From: Ranitomeya imitator
Taxonomy: Eukaryota
Length of the DNA stretch: 64,000 bases
NCBI RefSeq assembly: GCF_032444005.1
Contig: NC_091287.1
Coordinates: forward strand, 574,616,001-574,680,000
Direction: 5' to 3'
Of the stretch, positions 24,501 through 36,500 are shown piece by piece. Made by a program: the position numbers and the translations under genes. Every line of letters begins with the position of its first letter. The first letter of the stretch is position 1. The notes below the pieces were generated by a model. The model saw only the letters and a list, made by a program, of their open reading frames with translations. It was not told the origin of the DNA and searched no databases.

Positions 24501-27500
24501 TAATCCGCCCCCCACTCTCCTCCTTCCTGAGCCCCAGATCACTTTACAAGAGCAGCCGCCTCCCCCGCTGCAGGTGACGCGTTAACCCCCTGAATGCCAG
24601 AGGGAAACAGCTCGGATATTAACCCCTCACATCCCGAGACATTAGACAGTCACTGCTGAGGTGGCGTCACTGTGGGGCCCCGTCATCTGCTGGTGGCCCC
24701 CAGTTAGGACGTTTGGTGTGCGACACAATGTGAGCTGAAGTAGGCGGGGCTAGATGAAGGGGCGGGGACATCAGCAAGAAAATTACACAGACAGAAAACA
24801 GCGCAAAAGCCGCCGTCCACCTGCGCCAAGCAGGAGCTCCGCCGTCTGTCAGTGAACAGAAACATCTACTGCATCCTGTCCCAACACCGCTCACAGCGGA
24901 GGGTTTGTTACATCACCATGTGCCAGGGGGGTCTGTGTGATGAGGCACCACGCTGCGCCAGGAGGCGTCCGTGTGATGAGGCACCACCCTGCGCCAGGAG
25001 CGCGTCCGTGTGATGAGGCACCACCCTGCACCAGGAGCGCGTCCGTGTGATGAGGCACCACCCTGCCCAAGGAGGGCGTCCGTGTGATGAGGCACCACCC
25101 TGCCCCAGGAGGGCGTCCGTGTGATGAGGCACCACCCTGTCCCAGGAGGGCGTCCGTGTGATGAGGCACCACCCTGCCCCATGAGGGGTCCGTGTGATGA
25201 GGCACCACCCTGCGCCAGGAGGCGTCCGTGTGATGAGGCACCACCCTGCCCCATGAGGGGTCCGTGTGATGAGGCACCACCCTGCGCCAGGAGGCGTCCG
25301 TGTGATGAGGCACCACCCTGCGCCAGGAGCGCGTCCGTGTGATGAGGCACCACCCTGCCCAAGGAGGGCGTCCGTGTGATGAGGCACCACCCTGCCCCAG
25401 GAGGCGTCCGTGTGATGAGGCACCACCCTGCGCCAGGAGCGGTCCGTGTGATGAGGCACCACCCTGCCCCAGGACCGCGTCCGTGTGATGAGGCACCACC
25501 CTGCTCCATGAGGGGTCCGTGTGATGGGGCACCACCCTGCCCCATGAGGGGTCCGTGTGATGGGGCACCACCCTGCCCAAGGAGGCGTCCGTGTGATGAG
25601 GCACCACCCTGCCCAAGGAGGGCATCCGTGTGATGAGGCACCACCCTGCCCCAGGAGGCGTCCGTGTGATGAGGCACCACCCAGCTCCATGAGGGGTCCG
25701 TGTGATGAGGCACCACCCAGCTCCATGAGGGGTCCGTGTGATGAGGCACCACCCAGCTCCATGAGGGGTCCGTGTGATGAGGCACCACCCAGCTCCATGA
25801 GGGGTCCGTGTGATGGGGCACCACCCTGCCCCATGAGGGGTCCGTGTGATGAGGCACCACCCTGCCCTAGGAGGGGTCCGTGTGACGAGGCACCACCCTG
25901 CCCCAGGAGGGGTCCGTGTGACGAGGCACCACCCTGCCCCAGGACCGCGTCCGTGTGATGAGGCACCACCCTGCCCAGGAGGGGTCCGTGTGACGAGGCA
26001 CCACCCTGCGCCAGGAGGGGTCCATGTGACGAGGCACCACCCTGCGCCAGGAGCGCGTCCGTGTGACGAGGCACCACCCTGCGCCAGGAGCGCGTCCGTG
26101 TGACGAGGCACCACCCTGCGCCAGGAGCGCGTCCGTGTGACGAGGCACCACCCTGCGCCAGGAGCGCGTCCATGTGATGAGGCACCACCCTTCCCCATGA
26201 GGGGTCCGTGTGATGAGGCACTACCCTGCCCCATGAGGGGTCCGTGTGATGAGGCACCACCCTGCCCCATGAGGGGTCCGTGTGATGAGGCACCACCCTG
26301 CCCCATGAGGGGTCCGTGTGATGAGGCACCACCCTGCCCCATGAGGGGTCCGTGTGATGCGAGAATCACAAGGACTAAATAATGGCAGCTGTCAGTATTA
26401 TGGAGGCACCCAACCACAGGCAGCAAAGACCATGTACCCCCAAGGCGGACCCCAACCCCATACACTGACAGCAAGCAGAGACCTGAGAGTCCGCTCCAGC
26501 TCTGAGGACCCCACGGTCCGGAGATTGGCATCGCTCCATATGTAAAGTGGTCACCCGGAGACCCCCAGCCTCTGTACCCGGAGACCCCATCTGGCTGCAG
26601 ACCCTTCTCCTCTCCTGCAGGTGGCGCTGCAGACCACCATTAGGTCCTGGCACTTATGACCAGAGCTGACAGGGTCCTCGCCGCCGGCAGCCGCGGGGTT
26701 AATGTGCTGGTCTGGCTCATGTGCCGTCTGCCCAGAACTCAGTCCAGTTTTATTAGAAGCTGCAGGGACGGGGCGAGGGGCTGCCAAGTGCTGGAGAGGA
26801 GGGGGCACCTCACAAGGAGCAGCTACCGAACTCCTGCGCCCCCCTCCAGGGTCACAGGCAGCTTCTGCAGAGAGGGGGCAGCCAGAGACCGCGCCAGCAG
26901 CCAGGGGCCCATTCATTACCTGAGCAGCTGGAAAAGACATTGTGCTGCCTGCCGAAAGTCCTAACCCCAGAGCGGGGGAGGGGAACCTACAGAGGCCGAG
27001 GAAGATATAGGGGGATCCTACAGAGGCCGGAGAAAGATATAGGGGGATCCTACAGAGGCCGGAGAAAGATATAGGGGGATCCTACAGAGGCCGGAGGAAG
27101 ATATAGGGGGGTCCTACAGAGACCGGAGGAAGGTGGGGACCCAAAGATATAGGGGGATCCTACAGAGACCGGAGGAAGGTATAGGGGGGATCCTACAGAG
27201 ACCGGAGGAAGATATAGGGGGATCCTACAGAGACCGGAGGAAGGTGGGGGACCCAAAGATATAGGGGGATCCTACAGAGACCGGAGGAAGGTGGGGGACC
27301 CAAAGATATAGGGGGATCCTACAGAGGCCGGAGAAAGATATAGGGGGATCCTACAGAGGCCGGAGGAAGATATAGGGGGATCCTACAGAGGCCGGAGGAA
27401 GGCGGGGGACCCAAAGATATAGGGGGATCCTACAGAGGCCGGAGAAAGATATAGGGGGATCCTACAGAGGCCGGAGGAAGATATAGGGGGATCCTACAGA

Positions 27501-30500
27501 GGCCGGAGGAAGGCGGGGGACCCAAAGATATAGGGGGGATCCTACAGAGACCGGAGGAGCCAGGGCGAGGGAAGGTGGGGGACCCAAAGATATAGGGGGA
27601 TCCTACAGAGGCCGGAGGAAGATATAGGGGGATCCTACAGAGACCGGAGGAAGGTGGGGGACCCAAAGATATAGGGGGATCCTACAGAGGCCGGAGGAAG
27701 ATATAGGGGGATCCTACAGAGGCCGAGGAAGGTGGGGGACCCAAAGATATAGGGGGATCCTACAGAGGCCGAGGAAGATATAGGGGGATCCTACAGAGGC
27801 CGGAGGAAGGTGGGGACCCAAAGATATAGGGGGGTCCTACAGAGGCCGGAGGAAGGTGGGGGACCCAAAGATATAGGGGGATCCTACAGAGGCCGGAGGA
27901 AGATATAGGGGGATCCTACAGAGGCCGGAGGAAGGTGGGGGACCCAAAGATATAGGGGGATCCTACAGAGGCCGGAGGAAGGTGGGGACCCAAAGATATA
28001 GGGGGGTCCTACAGAGACCGGAGGAGCCAGGGCGAGGGAAGGTGGGGGACCCAAAGATATAGGGGGATCCTACAGAGGCCGGAGGACCCAAAGATATAGG
28101 GGGGTCCTACAGAGGCCGGAGAAAGATATAGGGGGATCCTACAGAGGCGGAGGAAGGTGGGGACCCAAAGATATAGGGGGATCCTACAGAGGCCGGAGAA
28201 AGATATAGGGGGATCCTACAGAGGCCGGAGGAAGATATAGGGGGATCCTACAGAGGCCGGAGGAAGGTGGGGGACCCAAAGATATAGGGGGATCCTACAG
28301 AGGCTGGAGGAGCCAGGGCGAGGGAAGGTGGGGACCCAAAGATATAGGGGGATCCTACAGAGACCCGAGGAGCCAGGGCGAGGGAAGGTGGGGACCCAAA
28401 GATATAGGGGGATCCTACAGAGACCCGAGGAGCCAGGGCGAGGGAAGGTGGGGACCCAAAGATATAGGGGGGTCCTACAGAGGCTGGAGGAAGGTGGGAA
28501 CCCAAAGATATAGGGGGATCCTACAGAAGCCGTAGGAAGGTGGGAACCCAAAGATATAGGGGGATCCTACAGAGGCTGGAGGAGCCAGGGCGAGGGAAGG
28601 TGGGGACCCAAAGATATAGGGGGATCCTACAGAGACCCGAGGAGCCAGGGCGAGGGAAGGTGGGGATCCAAAGATATAGGGGGATCCTACAGAGACCCGA
28701 GGAGCCAGGGCGAGGGAAGGTGGGGATCCAAAGATATAGGGGGATCCTACAGAGACCCGAGGAGCCAGGGCGAGGGAAGGTGGGGACCCAAAGATATAGG
28801 GGGGTCCTACAGAGGCTGGAGAAAGGTGGGGGACCCAAAGATATAGGGGGATCCTACAGAGGCTGGAGGAAGGTGGCGACCCAAACATATAGGGGGATCC
28901 TACAGAGGCCGGAGGAAGGTGGGGGACCCAAAGATATAGGGGGATCCTACAGAGGCCGGAGGAAGGTGGGGGACCCAAAGATATAGGGGGATCCTACAGA
29001 GACCGGAGGAAGGAGGGGGACCCAAAGATATAGGGGGATCCTACAGAGGCTGGAGGAAGGTGGGGACCCAAAGATATAGGGGGATCCTACAGAGGCTGGA
29101 TAAAGGTGGGGGACCCAAAGATATAGGGGGATCCTACAGAGACCGGAGGAAGGTGGGGGACCCAAAGATATAGGGGGATCCTACAGAGACCGGAGGAAGG
29201 TGGGGGACCCAAAGATATAGGGGGATCCTACAGAGGCCGGAGGAGCCAGGGCGAGGGAAGGTGGGGACCCAAAGATATAGGGGGGTCCTACAGAGGCTGG
29301 AGGAAGGTGGGGACCCAAAGATAGAGGGGGATCCTACAGAGGCCGGAGGAGCCAGGGCGAGGGAAGGTGGGGACCCAAAGATATAGGGGGGTCCTACAGA
29401 GACCGGAGGAAGGTGGGGGACCCAAAGATATAGGGGGATCCTACAGAGACCGGAGGAAGGTGGGGGACCCAAAGATAGAGGGGGATCCTACAGAGGCCGG
29501 AGGAGCCAGGGCGAGGGAAGGTGGGGATCCAAAGATATAGGGGGATCCTACAGAGGCCGGAGGAAGGTGGGACCCAAAGATATAGGGGGGATCCTACAGA
29601 GGCCGGAGGAAGGTGGGGACCCAAAGATATAGGAGGAGTCCTACAGAGACCCGAGGAGCCAGGGCGAGGGAAGGTGGGGATCCAAAGATATAGGGGGGTC
29701 CTACAGAGGCCGGAGGAGCCAGGGCGAGGGAAGGTGGGGACCCAAAGATATAGGGGGGTCCTACAGAGGCTGGAGGAAGGTGGGGGACCCAAAGATATAG
29801 GGGGATCCTACAGAGGCTGGAGGAAGGTGGGGACCCAAAGATATAGGGGGATCCTACAGAGGCTGGAGAAAGGTGGGGGACCCAAAGATATAGGGGGATC
29901 CTACAGAGGCTGGAGGAAGGTGGGGGACCCAAAGATATAGGGGGATCCTACAGAGGCTGGAGGAAGGTGGGGACCCAAAGATATAGGGGGATCCTACAGA
30001 GGACGGAGGAAGGTGGGGACCCAAAGATATAGGGGGGTCCTACAGAGGCTGGAGGAAGGTGGGGACCCAAAGATAGAGGGGGATCCTACAGAGGCCGGAG
30101 GAGCCAGGGCGAGGGAAGGTGGGGACCCAAAGATATAGGGGGATCCTACAGAGGCCGGAGGAAGGTGGGACCCAAAGATATAGGGGGGATCCTACAGAGG
30201 CCGGAGGAAGGTGGGGACCCAAAGATATTGGGGGATCCTACAGAGGCCGGAGGAAGGTGGGGGACCCAAAGATATAGGGGGATCCTACAGAGACCGGAGG
30301 AAGGTGGGGGACCCAAAGATAAAGGGGGATCCTACAGAGGCCGGAGGAGCCAGGGCGAGGGAAGGTGGGGGACCCAAAGATATAGGGGGATCCTACAGAG
30401 GCCGGAGGAAGGTGGGACCCAAAGATATAGGGGGGATCCTACAGAGGCCGGAGGAAGGTGGGGACCCAAAGATATTGGGGGATCCTACAGAGGCCGGAGG

Positions 30501-33500
30501 AAGGTGGGGGACCCAAAGATATAGGGGGGATCCTACAGAGGCCGGAGGAGCCAGGGCGAGGGAAGGTGGGGGACCCAAAGATATAGGGGGATCCTACAGA
30601 GGCCGGAGGAAGGTGGGGACCCAAAGATATTGGGGGATCCTAAAGAGGCCGGAGGAAGGTGGGGGACCCAAAGATATAGGGGGGTCCTACAGAGACCCGA
30701 GGAGCCAGGGCGAGGGAAGGTGGGGATCCAAAGATATAGGGGGGATCCTACAGAGGCCTGAGGAAGGTGGGGGACCCAAAGATATAGGGGGGATCCTACA
30801 GAGGACAGCGAAGCCAGGGCGAGGGAAGGTGGGGGACCCAAAGATATAGGGGGATCCTACAGAGACCGGAGGAAGGTGGGGGACCCAAAGATATAGGGGG
30901 ATCCTACAGAGGCCGGAGGAGCCAGGGCGAGGGAAGGTGGGGACCCAAAGATATAGGGGGGATCCTACAGAGGCCTGAGGAAGGTGGGGACCCAAAGATA
31001 TAGGGGGATTTTACAGAGGTCGGAGGAGCCAGGGCGAGGGAAGGTGGGGACCCAAAGATATAGAGGTGCTGATAGTCCAGTAGTGCTGAGCAGAGCACTA
31101 CAGTTCGCCTGCAGGAACACAGAGCGACGGCATTGTCTCCAGATAATCAGGGTCACATCGGCGATATTAACATAGTAACATAGTAACATAGTTAGTAAGG
31201 CCGAAAAAAGACATTTGTCCATCCAGTTCAGCCTATATTCCATCATAATAAATCCCCAGATCTACGTCCTTCTACAGAACCTAATTGTATGATACAATAT
31301 TGTTCTGCTCCAGGAAGACATCCAGGCCTCTCTTGAACCCCTCGACTGAGTTCGCCATCACCACCTCCTCCTGTATATTAATGATCTTCTCTTCACCATG
31401 TCCACACCTCCCACCATACTGGTGACTCCTCCCTCCAGACTCCTCGCTGACTCATACAGTCACAGCGCAGCCTCCCCAGCAGCATCTTACCTCTTCATCT
31501 GAGGAGTCCTGCTCGTACTCATCCTTCCCTCCGCTCTCTGGATCCGGCCTCCTCGGTGGAGCCTAAAAGAGAGACAAGAAGAGTCAAGAGATCCCGACAA
31601 CTACATCCAACATCATAATGACAGGGAACATGAAAGTCCCCCCCATCCATACAACAGGCGCGTATAAAGAGATCAGCGGCACCTCCATCACTAATATGGT
31701 GTATCTAGGGGGAATGATCAGCGGAGGCCCCATCACTAATATGGTGTATCTAGGGGGGAATGATCAGCGGAGGCCCCATCACTAATATGGTGTATCTAGG
31801 GGGAATGATCAGCGGAGGCCCCCATCACTAATATGGTGTATCTAGGAGGGGAATGATCAGCGGAGGCCCCATCACTAATATGGTGTATCTAGGGGGGAAT
31901 GATCAGCGGAGGCCCCATCACTAATATGGTGTATCTAGGGGGAATGATCAGCGGAGGCCCCATCACTAATATGGTGTATCTAGGGGGGGGGATGATCAGC
32001 GGAGGCCCCATCACTAATATGGTGTATCTAGGGGGTAATGATCAGCGGCGGCCCCATCACTAATATGGTGTATCTAGGGGGAATGATCAGCGGAGGCCCC
32101 ATCACTAATATGGTGTATCTAGGAGGGTAATGATCAGCGGAGGCCCCATCACTAATATGGTGTATCTAGGAGGGAATTATCAGCGGAGGCCCCATCACTA
32201 ATATGGTGTATCTAGGGGGTAATGATCAGCGGCGGCCCCATCACTAATATGGTGTATCTAGGGGTAATGATCAGCGGCGGCCCCATCACTAATATGGTGT
32301 ATCTAGGGGGAATGATCAGCGGAGGCCCCATCACTAATATGGTGTATCTAGGAGGGTAATGATCAGCGGAGGCCCCATCACTAATATGGTGTATCTAGGA
32401 GGGAATTATCAGCGGAGGCCCCATCACTAATATGGTGTATCTAGGGGGAATGATCAGCGGCGGCACCATCACTAATATGGTGTATCTAGGGGGAATGATC
32501 AGCGGCGGCACCATCACTAATATGGTGTATCTAGGGGGGAATGATCAGCGGAGGCCCCATCACTAATATGGTGCATCTAGGAGGGGAATGATCAGCGGAG
32601 GCCCCATCACTAATATGGTGTATCTAGGGGGAATGATCAGCGGAGGCCCCCATCACTAATATGGTGTATCTAGGAGGGGAATGATCAGCGGAGGCCCCAT
32701 CACTAATATGGTGTATCTAGGGGGTAATGATCAGCGGCGGCCCCATCACTAATATGGTGTATCTAGGGGGAATGATCAGCGGAGGCCCCCATCACTAATA
32801 TGGTGTATCTAGGGGGTAATGATCAGCGGCGGCCCCATCACTAATATGGTGTATCTAGGGGGAATGATCAGCGGAGGCTCCATCACTAATATGGTGTATC
32901 TAGGGGGTAATGATCAGCGGAGGCCCCATCACTAATATGGTGTATCTAGGGGGAATGATCAGCGGCGGCACCATCACTAATATGGTGTATCTAGGGGGGA
33001 ATGATCAGCGGAGGCCCCATCGCTAATATGGTGTATCTAGGAGGGAATTATCAGCGGAGGCCCCATCACTAATATGGTGTATCTAGGGGGAATGATCAGC
33101 GGAGGCCCCATCACTAATATGGTGTATCTAGGAGGGTAATGATCAGCGGAGGCCCCATCACTAATATGGTGTATCTAGGGGGAATGATCAGCGGAGGCCC
33201 CATCACTAATATGGTGTATCTAGGGGGAATGATCAGCGGAGGCCCATCACTAATATGGTGTATCTAGGGGGAATGATCAGCGGAGGCCCCATCACTAATA
33301 TGGTGTATCTAGGGGGAATGATCAGCGGAGGCCCATCACTAATATGGTGTATCTAGGGGGAATGATCAGCGGAGGCACCATCACTAATATGGTGTATCTA
33401 GGGGGGAATGATCAGCGGAGGCCCCATCACTAATATGGTGTATCTAGGGGGGAATGATCAGCGGAGGCCCCATCACTAATATGGTGTATCTAGGAGGGGA

Positions 33501-36500
33501 TGATCAGCGGAGGCCCCATCACTAATATGGTGTATCTAGAGGGAATGATCAGCGGAGGCACCATCGCTAATATGGTGTATCTAGGGGGGAATGATCAGCG
33601 GAGGCCCCCATCACTAATATGGTGTATCTAGGAGGGGATGATCAGCGGAGGCCCCATCACTAATATGGTGTATCTAGAGGGAATGATCAGCGGAGGCCCC
33701 ATCACTAATATGGTGTATCTAGGGGGAATGATCAGCGGAGGCCCCATCACTAATATGGTGTATCTAGGGGGTAATGATCAGCCGAGGCCCCATCACTAAT
33801 ATGGTTTATCTAGGGGGGGGAATGATCAGCGGAGGCCCCATCACTAATATGGTGTATCTAGGGGGAATGATCAGCGGAGGCCCCATCACCAATATGGTGT
33901 ATCTAGGGGGGTAATGATCAGCGGCGGCCCCATCACTAATATGGTGTATCTAGGGGGAATGATCAGCAGAGGCCCATCACTAATATGGTGTATCTAGGGG
34001 GAATGATCAGCGGAGGCCCCATCACTAATATGGTGTATCTAGGGGGTAATGATCAGCGGAGGCCCCATCACTAATATGGTGTATCTAGGGGGAATGATCA
34101 GCGGAGGCCCCCATCACTAATATGGTGTATCTAGGGGGAATGATCAGCGGAGGCCCCATCACTAATATGGTGTATCTAGGGGGTAATGATCAGCGGCGGC
34201 CCCATCACTAATATGGTGTATCTAGGGGGAATGATCAGCGGAGGCCCCATCACTAATATGGTGTATCTAGGGGGAATGATCAGCGGAGGCCCCCATCACT
34301 AATATGGTGTATCTAGGGGGAATGATCAGCGGAGGCCCCATCACTAATATGGTGTATCTAGGAGGGTAATGATCAGCGGAGGCACCATCACTAATATGGT
34401 GTATCTAGGGGGTAATGATCAGCAGAGGCCCCATCACTAATATGGTGTATCTAGGGGGGTAATGATCAGCGGAGGCCCCATCACTAATATGGTGTATCTA
34501 GGGGGAATGATCAGCGGAGGCCCCATCACTAATATGGTGTATCTAGGAGGGTAATGATCAGCGGAGGCCCCATCACTAATATGGTGTATCTAGGGGGGAA
34601 TGATCAGCGGAGGCCCCATCACTAATATGGTGTATCTAGGGGGAATGATCAGCGGAGGCCCCATCACTAATATGGTGTATCTAGGGGGGTAATGATCAGC
34701 GGAGGCCCCATCACTAATATGGTGTATCTAGGGGGGTAATGATCAGCGGAGGCCCCATCACTAATATGGTGCATCTAGGGGGAATGATCAGCGGAGGCCT
34801 CATCACTAATATGGTGTATCTAGGAGGGTAATGATCAGCGGAGGCCCCATCACTAATATGGTGTATCTAGGGGGAATGATCAGGGGAGGCCCCATCACTA
34901 ATATGGTGTATCTAGGAGGGTAATGATCAGCGGAGGCCCCATCACTAATATGGTGTATCTAGGGGGAATGATCAGGGGAAGCATAAAGGAGCCGTGCTCC
35001 TCCACCACTGCGATCAGTCACTTTCCTTTCTACCAGGTAACTTTTTTGCAATTTTTAAGCTTTAATATGTTTATTCCCTTAAGCCAGAGAGTCCCGCACA
35101 CAGTAACATTGCCTACCAGTCTACTTCACATCAGAACAAGTTTGAAACATTTTTTTTTTGTTAGGAGGTTATAAAGGTTAAAAGTTGTCCAGTGAAAATA
35201 CCTAAAAGTGACACCATTCTAAAAACTGCGCCCCTCGTGGTGCTGAAAACTACATTCAAGAATTGTATTACCCCTTCAGGTGCTTCACAGGAATTAAAGC
35301 AAAGTGTAAGGAAAAACACATTACAAATTTTACTTATAATCACAAAATTGTCGTTTTAACCCTAAATTTTACATTTTCACAAGAGTAACAGGAGAAAGGG
35401 CACCATACAGTTTGTATTGCAAATTCTGCTGAGGGTTCAGATAACCCATAAGTGGGGGAAAACTACTGTTTCAGTGCACAGCAAGGCTCTGAAGAGATGG
35501 ACTGACTTGACAGAGCGCAAAATTGACTGAAATCAAGAACAGGCACCATGTCGCATTTGCGCAGATCTCTGATATGGCTACACAGTGGAAACCCCCCACA
35601 GGTGATCCCATTTTGAAAGCTAGACTCCTTGAGGAATCTCTCTGCAGGTGTGAAAACAATCGTTATAGTACCACACAGATTTTTAAAATATTGGGATGTG
35701 AAAATGAAATGTGTTTTTATTTTCCACGAAAGATGATTTAGGCTAGGTTCACATTGCGTTATGCGAACCCGTTAAACGGACTACGTTACACCGCAACATA
35801 ACGCGGTGTAACGTAGTCCATTAACGCCATTGCTTGTAATGGCGAACGCATCGCTAGCGTCATTTGAGTGATGGACCTCCCGTTCCCCGCTAGCGCAGAT
35901 TGGGCATCTGCGCTAGCGGGATCGGCAAACGCGATCCCTTTTGGGACATTGCCTTAGCCTCATTCTTCCCATTTTCATCGCACACTGACAGCTCTCTTCA
36001 GACGCACTTGTCACTGTTCCTCAGCTCATCGCTCACTGACAGCTCTCTTCAGACGCACTTGTCACTGTTCCTCCGCTCATTGACAGCTCTCGTCAGACGC
36101 CCTTGTCACTGTTCTTCCGCTCACTGACAGCTATCGTCAGACGCACTTGTCACTGTTCCTCCGCTCATCGCTCACTGACAGCTCTCGTCAGACGCACTTG
36201 TCACTGTTCCTCCGCTCATCGCTGACAGCTCTCGTCAGATGCACATGTCACTGTTCCTCCGCTCATCGCTCACTGACAGCTATCGTCAGACGCACTGGTC
36301 ACTGTTCCTCCGCTCATCGCTCACTGACAGCTCTCGTCAGACGCACTTGTCACTGTTCCTCCGCTCATCGCACACTGACAGCTCTTGTCAGACGCACTTG
36401 TCTCTGTTCCTCAGCTCACTGACAGCTCTCGTCAGACGCACTTGTCACTGTTCCTCCGCTCATCGCTCACTGACAGCTATCGTCAGACGCACTTGTCACT

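Noticed and set aside
34990-35735. AT-rich segment resembling the interior of a large non-autonomous DNA element
   Set aside because: No ends or TSD identified, so the family could not be supported from the sequence alone.
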